Source: Alphaproteobacteria bacterium (GTDB taxonomy: Bacteria > Pseudomonadota > Alphaproteobacteria > SP197). Taken from it: 64,000 nucleotides of DNA. Shown here piece by piece: positions 40,371 through 50,943 of the stretch. The notes beneath the pieces are model-generated. The model was given only the letters and a program-made list of their open reading frames with translations, had not been told where the DNA came from and made no database searches. Positions within the stretch are counted from its first letter, which is position 1; every line of letters starts with the position of its first letter. The stretch covers positions 3,232,001-3,296,000 of the forward strand of contig OZ245842.1 in the NCBI GenBank assembly GCA_965228895.1, in the 5' to 3' direction. The position numbers and the translations under genes are program-made.

Positions 40371-41354
40371 TCAGCCGCGCTTGACCGCCTCCATCATGGC
40401 GGGGAAGTCAGGCCGGTTCATGATCGCCTGGCAGCGGGTGAACCGGTTCATCGCGTAATCCCAGTAACTCGCGAACTCATAGGCCGGGCGCGGGTTGGCG
40501 TTGACGTGCTGCAACACGCCCCACAGCGTCCACAACAGGAAGACCAACGCCTTCTGCATCTGCATGCGGCCCATCTCCGCTTCCGTCGGCTCGCGCCCGA
40601 CATAGGCTTCCAGGAATATGCGGTCCTGTTCCTCGGTGAAGTCGGATTCGACCGAAAAGTCGCCGAGATCCCAATAGGGATCGTTGTTGCCGCCGAACTC
40701 CCAATCCAGGATGAAAACCTGGTCGCCCGTATCGACAAGGTTCTCCGGCGCCGGGTCGTTGTGGCAGGGCACAAACGCCTTGCAGGTTTCGTTCAAGACC
40801 GCGCGAATGCCCTCGGCCTCTTCCTGCACCCGTTCGTACCCCTCCGGCAGTTCGGCATTCTTCGCCCGCAACACGTCCAGGTACTCCTGTGCCACCGTCT
40901 TCGGTTCGAAGCGGTTCAGCATTTGCTTGCCGCAGGTATGTAGGCGATGGAAGGCGCGCGCCGCCCGCCGTACCGCCTCGGGATCGTCCAGCACGCCGGG
41001 CTGGCGCATGTCGATGCTGCCCTCGATGAAGGCGGTAATCTGAATGCCCGCCGCGACGTCGTAGTGCACCAGTTTGGCGCCCACGCCGACCTCGTCGGTC
41101 AACTGGCCGGCCTGGCAATCGGCGGCGCGGTCAACATACTCTTCGGTCCCGGCCCCGGGGATCCGAACCACGTACCGCCCGCCGTTCACCGTGATCAGAT
41201 AGTTGCGGTTGGTCATGCCCGCCAGCGGCTCCAGCGGCACGCTCTCCGCCTCGACCTTGCCTTCGCCGATCACCTCCGCGGCAACAGCGCGCGCCCGCGC
41301 CCGGCGCTCCAGTTCTTCGTTATCAATGACGTCTTCTGTCACGGCTTCCCCCAC
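40371..41354 (-). CDS. Choline/ethanolamine kinase family protein
   Basis: GMTNRNY, RIPGAGT, Brenner motif CHND..EN, LDWEF, DPYWDL. Confidence 0.88.
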   Translation of the reverse strand: MGEAVTEDVIDNEELERRARARAVAAEVIGEGKVEAESVPLEPLAGMTNRNYLITVNGGRYVVRIPGAGTEEYVDRAADCQAGQLTDEVGVGAKLVHYDVAAGIQITAFIEGSIDMRQPGVLDDPEAVRRAARAFHRLHTCGKQMLNRFEPKTVAQEYLDVLRAKNAELPEGYERVQEEAEGIRAVLNETCKAFVPCHNDPAPENLVDTGDQVFILDWEFGGNNDPYWDLGDFSVESDFTEEQDRIFLEAYVGREPTEAEMGRMQMQKALVFLLWTLWGVLQHVNANPRPAYEFASYWDYAMNRFTRCQAIMNRPDFPAMMEAVKRG

Positions 41355-41371
41355 CTTCCTGTGACAAGCGC

Positions 41372-43780
41372 CTAGACTCTGAACCGCGCGCCGTCTGGAT
41401 CATAGAGCGGCCCGTCATGGCGCTTTGCTTTGACGGCCTGGCCATAGACCTCGACCTCGTAGTCGTCGAAGCCCGCGTCTTCTGTCGGCACATAGCCATA
41501 GACAATCGGGCACCCGACCGTGTGGCCAAAGTCAGCGCTGCAGGTCACGCCCAGCGCCCGGCCGTCGCGCAGGATCGCCTCGCCGCCGTTGACCGGCACC
41601 TTTTCGGCGAGCGCTAGAGTGCATAACAGTTGGTCCGGGCCCGCCTCGCCGACCTTGGCCAGCGCTTCGGCGCCGATGAAATCGTTCTTGCGCTTCGAGA
41701 CGAAGCGCTCCATGCGTGCGTGATAGGGCGTGTAATCCGGCGACATGTCGGCCGCCCAGGCCAGGTTGCCCTTTTCCATGCGCAGGCTGTTGAGCGCCCG
41801 GTAGCCCGCATTGACCAAACCGAAATCGCGCCCGGCCGCGTCCAGAACGCCATAGACATGGATGGCGTATTCGCTGGGGATGTGCAGCTCGTAACCGAGC
41901 TCGCCGGAATAGGAGACCCGCATCGCCAGGACAGGCGCGGCACCGACGGTCAGGTGTTTGGCTTTGGCAAAGCGGAAACTCTCCGCATCCACCGGCTCCT
42001 CCGTCACCACAGCCAGGACATCGCGCGCATGTGGCCCCGCCAGGTTCAGGACCGCGTAACCGGATGTCACGTCGACCATGTGAACCGACCCGTCATCGGG
42101 CAGATGGCGCGCGATCCAGCCGAAGTCGTGATCGCCGAACGCCGTGCCCGTCACGGCGTAGTAGCGGTTCTCGGCCAACCGGCAGAACGTCAGGTCGGCC
42201 TCGATGCCGGCGCGCTCGTTCAACAGCTGCGTATAGATGACGCTGCCTTCTGGGCGATCAACATCGGCGACGGCAAGATGCTGCAGGGCCGTCATCGCGC
42301 CTGGCCCGACAATCTCCACTTTAGCGAACGACGACTGATCGAACAGGCCGACACGTTCGCGCACCGCCTTGTGTTCGGCGGCCACATGCTCGAACCAGTT
42401 GGGCCACTCGAAGGACGGTTTGTCGACCGGCTCGACCCCCTCCGGCGCGAACCAGTTGGGTCGTTCCCATCCGGCTTTCGAGCCGAACACCGCGCCCTTC
42501 TCCTTCAAGACGCCATAGAGCGGGCTCTTGCGGATCTCGCGCACCGAGCTGTGCTCCTCCACCGGCCACTTCATGGCATAGTGCTTGGCGTAGATCTCGA
42601 TGCCGCGGTCGTACATGAAGGCGCGGGTGTTGTGGTGGAACTGGAAGCGCCGCACATCCAGCGGCCATAAATCCATGGACGGCCGCCCGTCGATGATCCA
42701 CTCGGCCATCACTTCGCCCGCGCCACCGGCCGCGGCGATGCCATAGATGAAACCGCATGAGGTGAAGACGTTGTCGTACTCCGCGACCTTGCCCATGACG
42801 AAGTCGCCGTCCGCCGACATCGGGATCGCACCGTTGATCAACTGCCGGACACCGACCTCGCCGACCACCGGCGTACGTTTGGCGGCATTCTCGGCCAGCG
42901 GCGCGAAACGCTCGTAATTGTCGGGCAAAAGTTGCTGGTCCCAGCCATCTGGAATGCCGTCGCGCGCGAAGGCCGGCGTGTTGTTTTCGTAACCGCCGAC
43001 GACGATGCCGCGCACCTCTGGTTTCCAATAAAGCAGCAGATCGGGGTCCCGCACCGTCGGCATGTCCTTCGGCAGATCGGGGATCGGATCGGTCACCAGA
43101 TACTGATGCTCGACCGCGAAGGCCGGCGCACGCGAACCCATCAAACCGCCCAGCTCGTGGCCCCACATGCCTGTCGCGTTGACCACGGTCTCAGCCTTGA
43201 CGTTACCTGACGTCGTCTCGACCTCGGTGATGCGCCGGCCGTTTCGTTTGAACCCTTCGACGCGGCAGTTCTGTACAATCTCCGCGCCGCGCTTGCGGGC
43301 GCCCGCCGCAAACGCCTGGCACAGGCTTGCCGGATCGATATAGCCGTCGGAATCGATGAACGCAGCGCCTTCGACACCGTCCAGCGTCATGATCGGGAAC
43401 ATGTCCTGGGTTTCCCGGGGCGTCAGGATCTGCATCTCCAGGCCGAACGACTTCGCCGTCGTCGCCGCGCGGCGAAACTCCTTCATGCGGTCCTTGGACG
43501 AGGCGATGCGCAGGCTGCCGACCTTCTTCCAGTCGATCGCCTGGCCGGTGTCTTCCTCCAGCACGTCATAAAGCGCGATGCTCTTTTGCAGCATGCGCGT
43601 GACATTGCGAGACGGTCGCAACTGCCCGACCACACCGGCGGCATGCCAGGTCGCACCGTGGGTCAACTGGAACTGCTCCAGCAACAGCACGTCCTTCTTG
43701 CCCATGCGCGTCAGGTGATAGGCGATGCTGCAGCCGATCACCCCGCCGCCGACAATGACAATTTCCGCCGAATCGCGCAT
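41372..43780 (-). CDS. FAD-dependent oxidoreductase + GcvT domain (dimethylglycine/sarcosine dehydrogenase family)
   Basis: GGGVIG, TWHAAG, GWERPNWF, SYSGELGYELH, SLRMEKG. Confidence 0.92.
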   Translation of the reverse strand: MRDSAEIVIVGGGVIGCSIAYHLTRMGKKDVLLLEQFQLTHGATWHAAGVVGQLRPSRNVTRMLQKSIALYDVLEEDTGQAIDWKKVGSLRIASSKDRMKEFRRAATTAKSFGLEMQILTPRETQDMFPIMTLDGVEGAAFIDSDGYIDPASLCQAFAAGARKRGAEIVQNCRVEGFKRNGRRITEVETTSGNVKAETVVNATGMWGHELGGLMGSRAPAFAVEHQYLVTDPIPDLPKDMPTVRDPDLLLYWKPEVRGIVVGGYENNTPAFARDGIPDGWDQQLLPDNYERFAPLAENAAKRTPVVGEVGVRQLINGAIPMSADGDFVMGKVAEYDNVFTSCGFIYGIAAAGGAGEVMAEWIIDGRPSMDLWPLDVRRFQFHHNTRAFMYDRGIEIYAKHYAMKWPVEEHSSVREIRKSPLYGVLKEKGAVFGSKAGWERPNWFAPEGVEPVDKPSFEWPNWFEHVAAEHKAVRERVGLFDQSSFAKVEIVGPGAMTALQHLAVADVDRPEGSVIYTQLLNERAGIEADLTFCRLAENRYYAVTGTAFGDHDFGWIARHLPDDGSVHMVDVTSGYAVLNLAGPHARDVLAVVTEEPVDAESFRFAKAKHLTVGAAPVLAMRVSYSGELGYELHIPSEYAIHVYGVLDAAGRDFGLVNAGYRALNSLRMEKGNLAWAADMSPDYTPYHARMERFVSKRKNDFIGAEALAKVGEAGPDQLLCTLALAEKVPVNGGEAILRDGRALGVTCSADFGHTVGCPIVYGYVPTEDAGFDDYEVEVYGQAVKAKRHDGPLYDPDGARFRV

Positions 43781-43930
43781 GCACCCTCCCCCGATACCGG
43801 CGCGATCGCGCCTTGTTGCTTGCGCCATACTCGACCAGTTGCTCGCCCCTCTGCAAGCGCTTCAAAGCTAGGACTTGCAGTTAGACGCCCACACGGCCAG
43901 CTTGGTCGGACACACAACCGGAGACATCCG

Positions 43931-44752
43931 ATGTCGGACAAGGACGATGCGATCGTTCCGCCCCACGCCTATCAGAACCCGGACTTCCTGGAGAGCCGCG
44001 ATGGCCGGTCCTTGCGCATCATGTCGGAGTACATGGAGCCCCTGTCGCGCTTCACCCGCTACAAGATCGACGACACCATCGTCTTTATGGGGTCGGCGCG
44101 CACGCGCTCGCGCGAGACGGCGCTAGAGGAACTTGAGGCCGCCAAACGCGACGGCGGCGACGTCGCTTTCGCCGAACGCCAGGTCGAGCTTTCGGTCTAT
44201 TACGAAGCCGCCCGCGACCTGGCCCACCGCATGACCGACTGGTCCAAGGGCCTGGGCGAGGACGCACGCCGCTTCGTCGTCTGCACCGGCGGCGGCCCCG
44301 GCATCATGGAGGCGGCCAACCGTGGGGCATCCGAAGCCGGCGGCCTCAATGTCGGGCTCACCATCTCGATTCCGGTCGAGGAGTTCAACAACCCCTATAT
44401 CACCCGAGAGCTGCACCTGAACTTCCACTACTTCTTCATGCGCAAGTTCTGGTTTCTCTATCTGGCGAAGGCGGTCGTCATCTTCCCCGGCGGCTTCGGC
44501 ACGCTCGACGAACTGTTCGAGATCCTGACCATGGTGCAGACCGGCAAGATGCGAAAACGCCTGCCCGTCGTGCTGTTCGGCCAGGATTACTGGGACCAGG
44601 TCGTCAATCTCGACACCCTCGTGCGCTACGGCACGATCAACGAGAGCGATCTCGACTTGATGGTGCGCACCGATTCCGTCGACGAGGCCTTCGATTATCT
44701 GACCCGTGACCTCATCGCCTTCAACCTCGACCAACCGGGTCCGGTGCTTTGA
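43931..44752 (+). CDS. LOG family protein
   Basis: [33 protein letters not shown]. Confidence 0.9.
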   Translation: MSDKDDAIVPPHAYQNPDFLESRDGRSLRIMSEYMEPLSRFTRYKIDDTIVFMGSARTRSRETALEELEAAKRDGGDVAFAERQVELSVYYEAARDLAHRMTDWSKGLGEDARRFVVCTGGGPGIMEAANRGASEAGGLNVGLTISIPVEEFNNPYITRELHLNFHYFFMRKFWFLYLAKAVVIFPGGFGTLDELFEILTMVQTGKMRKRLPVVLFGQDYWDQVVNLDTLVRYGTINESDLDLMVRTDSVDEAFDYLTRDLIAFNLDQPGPVL

Positions 44753-45744
44753 CGGAACGCAAGGTACCCCTATCGGTTCTGGACCTGTCACCGATCACCG
44801 AGGGCGGCGACGCGGCGCAATCGTTCGCCAATACGCTTGATCTGGCGCGCCACGCCGAGGCGCTCGGCTATCACCGATATTGGCTTGCCGAACACCACAA
44901 CATGCCGGGCATCGCCAGCGCGGCGACCGCCGTCGTCATCGGCCATGTGGCGGGCGGTACATCGACCATCCGCGTCGGCGCCGGCGGCATCATGCTGCCC
45001 AACCATGCACCGCTGGTCATCGCCGAGCAGTTCGGCACGCTCGCCAGCCTCTATCCCGGCCGCATCGATCTTGGCATCGGCCGGGCGCCGGGCACTGACC
45101 GCACCACGGCCTTCGCGCTACGGCGCACCTTGCAGGGCGATGGCGCGGGCGACGGCTTTCCGCGCGATGTCGCCGAACTCCAGCACTATTTCGGCGAGCC
45201 GGAAATCGGTCAGCGCGTATGCGCCGTGCCCGGCGCCGGCCTCAAGGTGCCGCTCTGGATCCTGGGCTCCAGCCTCTATGGCGCGCAGCTCGCCGCCATG
45301 ATGGGCCTGCCTTACGCCTTCGCTTCCCACTTCGCGCCGGCCGCCATGATGCAGGCACTTCAGGTCTACCGCAGCCAGTTCGAACCCTCGGCGCAGCTTG
45401 ACAAACCCTATGCCATGCTGGGTTTCAACGTCTTCGCCGCCGACAGCGACGAGGAAGGCGCGTTGTTGATGACCTCAGTCCAGCAGTCGTTTCTCAACCT
45501 GCGGCTGGGAACGCCGGGTCGCCTGCCGCCGCCCGATCCGGATTTCGACAGCCGTCTCGAACCGGCCGCACGCGCCATGCTGGCAGATGCCCTCTCCTGT
45601 TCCGCCGCTGGTTCGGCAGCGACCGTCCGCCAGGGCATCGAGGATTTCATCCACAAGACCGGCGCCGACGAGATCATGGTGACCTCCCACATCTTCGATC
45701 AGGCCAAACGCCGCCGCTCCTTCGAGCTTGCCATGGCCGCGTGA
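44749..45744 (+). CDS. Luciferase-like monooxygenase (YhbW-like)
   Basis: [37 protein letters not shown]. Confidence 0.92.
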   Translation: MTERKVPLSVLDLSPITEGGDAAQSFANTLDLARHAEALGYHRYWLAEHHNMPGIASAATAVVIGHVAGGTSTIRVGAGGIMLPNHAPLVIAEQFGTLASLYPGRIDLGIGRAPGTDRTTAFALRRTLQGDGAGDGFPRDVAELQHYFGEPEIGQRVCAVPGAGLKVPLWILGSSLYGAQLAAMMGLPYAFASHFAPAAMMQALQVYRSQFEPSAQLDKPYAMLGFNVFAADSDEEGALLMTSVQQSFLNLRLGTPGRLPPPDPDFDSRLEPAARAMLADALSCSAAGSAATVRQGIEDFIHKTGADEIMVTSHIFDQAKRRRSFELAMAA

Positions 45745-45824
45745 GCTGGACTCGCGCGATCAGCCCGCCTCATCTATAGTTCACAACGTCGAGCGCATGA
45801 CGAACCGTTAACGGAGTTTGATCG

Positions 45825-46271
45825 ATGCGTCTCAGTGCGCTTCTTTTGAGTGTCGCCCTTTTAGTCGGCGCCTGCGGCAGCAGCACCGGTGACCGGGTCG
45901 GATCCGGCGCGGGTATCGGCGCAGGCGCGGGCGCCGTGGTCGGCGCCGTCACCGGTCTTTCGATCCTGCAGGGTGTTCTGATCGGCGCGGGCGCGGGCGC
46001 TGTCATCGGTGGCGTCACCGATCAAAGCGAGATCGACCTGGGCGATCCCATTTGGGCCAGCGGCACGACGCCCGCCAACAACACGGCCGTCGCGCGGGTG
46101 CAAGCCGGCCTGACGAAACTGGGATACGACCCCGGCCCGATCGACGGCGTCAAGGGCGCCCAGACGACCAATGCCATCACCACCTATCAGCGCGACAACG
46201 GCTTGCCCGTCGATGGCCGTGCCACAGCCGAACTCGCCCAGCATATCGAAAGCCAGTTGGGCGCCGGCTGA
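45825..46271 (+). CDS. Lipoprotein with glycine zipper and peptidoglycan-binding domain
   Basis: Lipobox VGAC; GAGIGAGAGAVVG; VQAGLTKLGYDPGPIDG..YQRDNGLPVDG. Confidence 0.85.
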   Translation: MRLSALLLSVALLVGACGSSTGDRVGSGAGIGAGAGAVVGAVTGLSILQGVLIGAGAGAVIGGVTDQSEIDLGDPIWASGTTPANNTAVARVQAGLTKLGYDPGPIDGVKGAQTTNAITTYQRDNGLPVDGRATAELAQHIESQLGAG

Positions 46272-46358
46272 CCCCCTAACACGATCGAGCCTGTTTTTTG
46301 ACGCCTCTCGCACTTTGATGGATGATCACACCATCCAGCACCGGGCGCCTTCACCAAC

Positions 46359-47519
46359 ATGTCGATCGGCCGTTTTCTCGTCGCGTTTGCCCTTTCCCTT
46401 GTCTTCGTGTCGGCGGTTGTGCGCGCCGAAAGCGGCGTTAACGACGAGCGTATCCTGTTCGGCCAATCGGCCGCGCTCGAAGGACCGGCCGCCGCACTCG
46501 GTCGGGGCATGCAGACCGGCATTCTCGCCGCGTTCAACCAGGCAAACCTGCGTGGCGGCGTCAACGGCCGCCTGTTGGAGCTCGTCACCTATGACGATGG
46601 CTACGAACCCGAGCAGGCGATCGCCAACGTCGACCGCCTGATCGATCACGACGACGTCTTCGCCCTGATCGGCGAGGTCGGCACGCCGACATCGAGCGCC
46701 GTGCAGCCGATCGCCACCCAGGCCGGCATTCCGTTTCTGGCGCCCTTTACCGGCGCCGCCTTCTTGCGCGATCCCGCCCTCGACAACGTCGTCAACGTGC
46801 GCGCGTCCTATGATCAGGAGGCCGAGGCCTGGATCGCCCATCTGACCGAGGAACGCGACCTCACCCGCATCGCCATTCTCTATCAGGACGACTCCTTCGG
46901 GCGCGCCGGGCTCGAAGGCGTTCGCCAGGCACTCGCCGCGCGCGGCATGACGCTGGTCGCCGAAGGCACCTACATGCGCAACACGACGGCGGTCAAACGC
47001 GCGCTGCTGGCGATCCGCAAGGAAGATCCCGAGGCCATCGTGATCGTCGGCGCCTACGAACCGACCGCCGCGTTCATCAAGCTTGCGCAGGACATTGGCC
47101 TCGACCCTGTCTTCGTCGCCATCTCGTTTGTCGGCAGCAAGGCGCTCGCCGATGCGCTCGGCGAAGACGGCGAAGGCGTTGTCGTCACCCAGGTCGTGCC
47201 TCTGCCCGACGACACGTCACTGCCGCTGGTCGCCGACTACAATGCAGCGCTCGCCGCGCTCGATCCGCAGCTTGATCCAGGCTTCGTCTCGCTTGAAGGC
47301 TATATTGCCGGACGTCTGGTGATTGCCGCGCTTGAAGCCATGGGGCCGGACGTCACCCGGCAGGGCCTGTTGACCACCATCCAGGAGCTCGGCGCCTTCG
47401 ACCTGGATGGTCTGGCGATGGAGTTTGGCCCCGAGGACAACCAGGGCATGGACGAGGTGTTCTTCACCGTCCTGGACGGCAACGGCAACTTCCATGCCGT
47501 TGCCAATGCCGGTGACTGA
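46359..47519 (+). CDS. Periplasmic substrate-binding protein, LivJ/type I fold
   Basis: Signal peptide; FGQSAALEGPAA, DDGYEP, VGTPT, YQDDSFG. Confidence 0.88.
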   Translation: MSIGRFLVAFALSLVFVSAVVRAESGVNDERILFGQSAALEGPAAALGRGMQTGILAAFNQANLRGGVNGRLLELVTYDDGYEPEQAIANVDRLIDHDDVFALIGEVGTPTSSAVQPIATQAGIPFLAPFTGAAFLRDPALDNVVNVRASYDQEAEAWIAHLTEERDLTRIAILYQDDSFGRAGLEGVRQALAARGMTLVAEGTYMRNTTAVKRALLAIRKEDPEAIVIVGAYEPTAAFIKLAQDIGLDPVFVAISFVGSKALADALGEDGEGVVVTQVVPLPDDTSLPLVADYNAALAALDPQLDPGFVSLEGYIAGRLVIAALEAMGPDVTRQGLLTTIQELGAFDLDGLAMEFGPEDNQGMDEVFFTVLDGNGNFHAVANAGD

Positions 47520-50436
47520 ACCCATGGCCGACGACGCCAGGGCGCCCGCCACCAGAGTCCTCGGCATTCGTGTCAAACTCCTCCTCGCCTTCTTCGCGCT
47601 CGCCGGCCTGACCGTCATCGCCTGCGCCGTCGCCTGGTACGCCTTCGTCACCATTGACAGGGCGGTATCTCAGGTGACCGACGACAGCATGCCGGGCATG
47701 GTCGCGGCCCTGGCGTTGGCCAACTCGGCCAGCGAGGTCGCGGCGGCGGCGCCGTCGATCCAGGCGGCCGAGGATCGCGACGAGCTTGCCGCCCAGGAGG
47801 CGGCGCTCGAAAAGGCGCTCGAGCGATTCCTCGAGCTCTCGGCCACGATCGATGACCACATCACCGACACTGATCAGCGCGCCGAACTCGACACGCTGGC
47901 CAGCGACCTCGTCGTTGAGCTGACGACACTGCGTCAAGCCGTCGATCGGCGCCTCGACCTGGAGCTTCAGCGCAAGGCAGCCAATGCCGCGATGCTCCTC
48001 GCCCACAGCGGCTTCCTGGAGACTCTCGAACCGCTGGTCGATGATGCGGTCTACGATCTCGTGGTGTCCGGTGAAACCGTGATGAGTGAGAACTCATCGG
48101 CGATCACCAGCCTGGTCGATGACGGTGTTAGCCGGATTGATCGGCTGTTGACCATCAACGCCACCGCCAACCTCGCCGCCGGTCTGATGGGCGAGGCGAT
48201 CAGTGGTGACAATCCCGTGCTGCTCCAACCGCTGAAGGAGCGTTTTGTCTCCGCAGCGCTCACCATCGAACGTAACCTCTCTCAATTGCCCGATGACGAG
48301 ACCACGAGCCACCTGCAACGCGCGATTGACGCCCTCCTGGCACCCGGCCGCGGTGATGACAGCCTGTTCAGCGTCACGGCCAACAGCGCACACACCAGTG
48401 CCAACCTGCAACGCCATCACGACGACCTGCTGCTCGTTTTGACACCGATGATCGACGATGCGGCCTTCGCCTTGGTGATGAGCGCCGAGCGGGTAACATC
48501 GAACAGCCAGGATTCGATCACCGGCTTGATCGAAGGCGGCGTCAACACACTCGCTGTCCTCTTGACGTTGCGAGCCGAGGGCAATCTGACGGCGAGCCTG
48601 TTGAGTGAGGCCGCCGGCGCCACGTCACCCAGTCTTCTGCGCCCGCTTGCCGAGCGGTTCACCGCCGGCCAAGCCCGCATGACCGACCTCCTCGACGACC
48701 TGCCCGACGATACCGCCGCCAACCGCATGCGCGAGGTGTCGCAGCGGCTCCTTGGTTTCGGCGCGGGGCCGAACGCGGTCTTTGCCTTGCGCCAGGGCGA
48801 GCTTGAATGGATCGACGCCGGATTGGCGGCACTTGGCGCCAGCCGCGATCTTTCGTTGGAATTGGGTGATCAAACTGCCGCTCTTGTCGCCGCCGCCGAA
48901 CAGGAAAGTGCCGACACCGCATCATCGACACAACGCGTGATCGATACCAGCCAGCTCGTCATGCTGGTCATCATTCTGATCAGCATCGCCGGCGCCGCGC
49001 TCGTTATGTACCGCTACGTCAACCCGCGTGTGATCCGGCCGGTCGAAGACATCACCACGGCCATGACCGACCTGGCCGGCGGTGATACTTCCGTCGATAT
49101 ACCCGGACGCGAACGCGATGATGAGCTCGGCCGCATGGCCCAGGCGCTTGGCGTCTTCCGCGACACCGCAATCGCCGTCCAAAAGGCCAATCTGCGTGAA
49201 ATAGAAACCGCGCGCCGACGCCTGGCCGACGCTATCGAGAGCATCTCGGAAGGCTTCACGCTCTATGACGCCAACGACTGCCTGGTCGTGTCCAATAAAC
49301 AATACCAGGAGCTTCTCTATCCCGGCATGACCGAGCGGTTTGAACCCGGCATGTCGTTCGAAGCGATCCTGCGCCGCGCGATCAGCCACGGCTACGTCAA
49401 AGACGCCGGGGGACGCGAAGAAGCGTGGATCGCAGAGCGCCTGGCGCATCACCGGAATCCCGGCCCGCCCCACGTGCAACAGCGCCAGGACGGGCGGTAC
49501 ATCATGGTCAGCGAACGCCGCACGGAAGAAGGCGGCACCGTCGCCGTCTACTCCGACATCACCGAACTCAAGCAGCGCGAAACCCAGCTTGCCCAGAAGT
49601 CGAGCGAGCTGGAGCAGCTCGCCGGCCAACTCGCCAAGTACCTGTCGCCCCAGGTTTATGAGTCCATCTTCACCGGACGCCAGGAGGTCAAGGTCGAGAG
49701 TCAGCGCAAGAAACTGACCGTCTTCTTTTCCGATATCGCCGACTTCACCGAGACCACCGAGAAACTCGAGTCCGAAGACCTCACCCTGCTGCTCAACGAA
49801 TATCTCACCGAAATGTCGCGCATCGCTCTGAACCACGGCGCGACCATCGACAAGTATGTCGGCGATGCCATTGTCATCTTCTTCGGTGACCCCGAAACGC
49901 GCGGCGTCCAGGAAGACGCGCTGGCTTGCGTCGACATGGCCATCGAGATGCGCCAGCGCATGACCGAACTGCAGGCACGGTGGCGCTCGTCCGGTGTTGA
50001 GAAACCGCTCGCATGCCGCTTCGGCATCAACACCGGCTACTGCACCGTCGGCAATTTCGGCAGCGAGGCTCGCATGGACTACACCATCATCGGTGCCGGC
50101 GTGAACCTGGCGTCACGACTGGAGTCAGCTGCCACACCGGGCGAGATCGTCATCTCCTACGAGACTCATGCCTGGATCAAGGGCCGCATTCATTGCGAAG
50201 CGCGCGAGCCCATCACGGTTAAGGGCGTCAGCGGTCCGGTCGCGACCTACCGGGTAATCGATACCTTCGAACGTTTGGATGAGATCGGCGGTGTCGTGCG
50301 CGAAGAACAACCCAATCTGCGCCTCGACATGAACGTCACCGCCATGTCGGAAGCCGAACGCACCGCCGCCGAAGATGCCCTGCGCCAAGCCCTCGCCCGC
50401 CTCGACGGCGACGACGCCAAACGCGACGACAGTTAG
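47506..50436 (+). CDS. Membrane adenylate cyclase: TM - TorS-like helical sensor - TM - HAMP - PAS - class III cyclase
   Basis: HAMP DDELGRMAQAL; PAS ESISEGFTLYD; cyclase FFSDIADFT, KYVGDA, DYTIIGAGVNLASRLE; overlaps SBP stop. Confidence 0.9.
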   Translation: MPVTEPMADDARAPATRVLGIRVKLLLAFFALAGLTVIACAVAWYAFVTIDRAVSQVTDDSMPGMVAALALANSASEVAAAAPSIQAAEDRDELAAQEAALEKALERFLELSATIDDHITDTDQRAELDTLASDLVVELTTLRQAVDRRLDLELQRKAANAAMLLAHSGFLETLEPLVDDAVYDLVVSGETVMSENSSAITSLVDDGVSRIDRLLTINATANLAAGLMGEAISGDNPVLLQPLKERFVSAALTIERNLSQLPDDETTSHLQRAIDALLAPGRGDDSLFSVTANSAHTSANLQRHHDDLLLVLTPMIDDAAFALVMSAERVTSNSQDSITGLIEGGVNTLAVLLTLRAEGNLTASLLSEAAGATSPSLLRPLAERFTAGQARMTDLLDDLPDDTAANRMREVSQRLLGFGAGPNAVFALRQGELEWIDAGLAALGASRDLSLELGDQTAALVAAAEQESADTASSTQRVIDTSQLVMLVIILISIAGAALVMYRYVNPRVIRPVEDITTAMTDLAGGDTSVDIPGRERDDELGRMAQALGVFRDTAIAVQKANLREIETARRRLADAIESISEGFTLYDANDCLVVSNKQYQELLYPGMTERFEPGMSFEAILRRAISHGYVKDAGGREEAWIAERLAHHRNPGPPHVQQRQDGRYIMVSERRTEEGGTVAVYSDITELKQRETQLAQKSSELEQLAGQLAKYLSPQVYESIFTGRQEVKVESQRKKLTVFFSDIADFTETTEKLESEDLTLLLNEYLTEMSRIALNHGATIDKYVGDAIVIFFGDPETRGVQEDALACVDMAIEMRQRMTELQARWRSSGVEKPLACRFGINTGYCTVGNFGSEARMDYTIIGAGVNLASRLESAATPGEIVISYETHAWIKGRIHCEAREPITVKGVSGPVATYRVIDTFERLDEIGGVVREEQPNLRLDMNVTAMSEAERTAAEDALRQALARLDGDDAKRDDS

Positions 50437-50458
50437 GCTTCCCTTTGCCGGTGCCCGG

Positions 50459-50911
50459 TTACTCCGCCACTAGGTCTTCGCACGACAGCACGAGTTCCTC
50501 GATCGCGACGTCGTTGGTCATGGCGCTAAGTTCGGGGCCGCGATAGGCCGTCGGGCGGGCGCGCACCAGTTTCCACGTCATCGCGATCGTCTGGCGATCC
50601 TCGCTCTTCAACTGAATGGTGACATCACGGGCTGCGTCGGGATGGCCGGCGCGCGCCTGATCGATCCATTCGTAGAACCCGAGCGAACCGATGACGCCGC
50701 GCTTCAGTGTGATGTCCGGCACCTTGGCCAGGCCGCTGATCTTGACCGGCAAGTTCGTCATGGCGTTGCCGGCGCGGTACTCGATGACCTCAACCTCCAA
50801 ACCCAAGCCCTCAACTTCGGAAAAACCCGCTTCCAAGGCCGCTGTATCGCCGCCGCCGATGTCGACCTCGAAGTTGAAGCGGCTATAGGGCCGCTCGCGC
50901 AATACCGCCAT
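50459..50911 (-). CDS. T4 gp19-like tail tube protein (eCIS Afp1/5 type)
   Basis: GAGAGGA RBS; PYSRFNFEV, GFSEVEGL, EYRAGN, ITLKRG, W..ARP..GPEL.A..NDVAIEELVL. Confidence 0.9.
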   Translation of the reverse strand: MAVLRERPYSRFNFEVDIGGGDTAALEAGFSEVEGLGLEVEVIEYRAGNAMTNLPVKISGLAKVPDITLKRGVIGSLGFYEWIDQARAGHPDAARDVTIQLKSEDRQTIAMTWKLVRARPTAYRGPELSAMTNDVAIEELVLSCEDLVAE

Positions 50912-50943
50912 CGTTCCTCTCCCCTTACCTGTTTCCCCACTGC

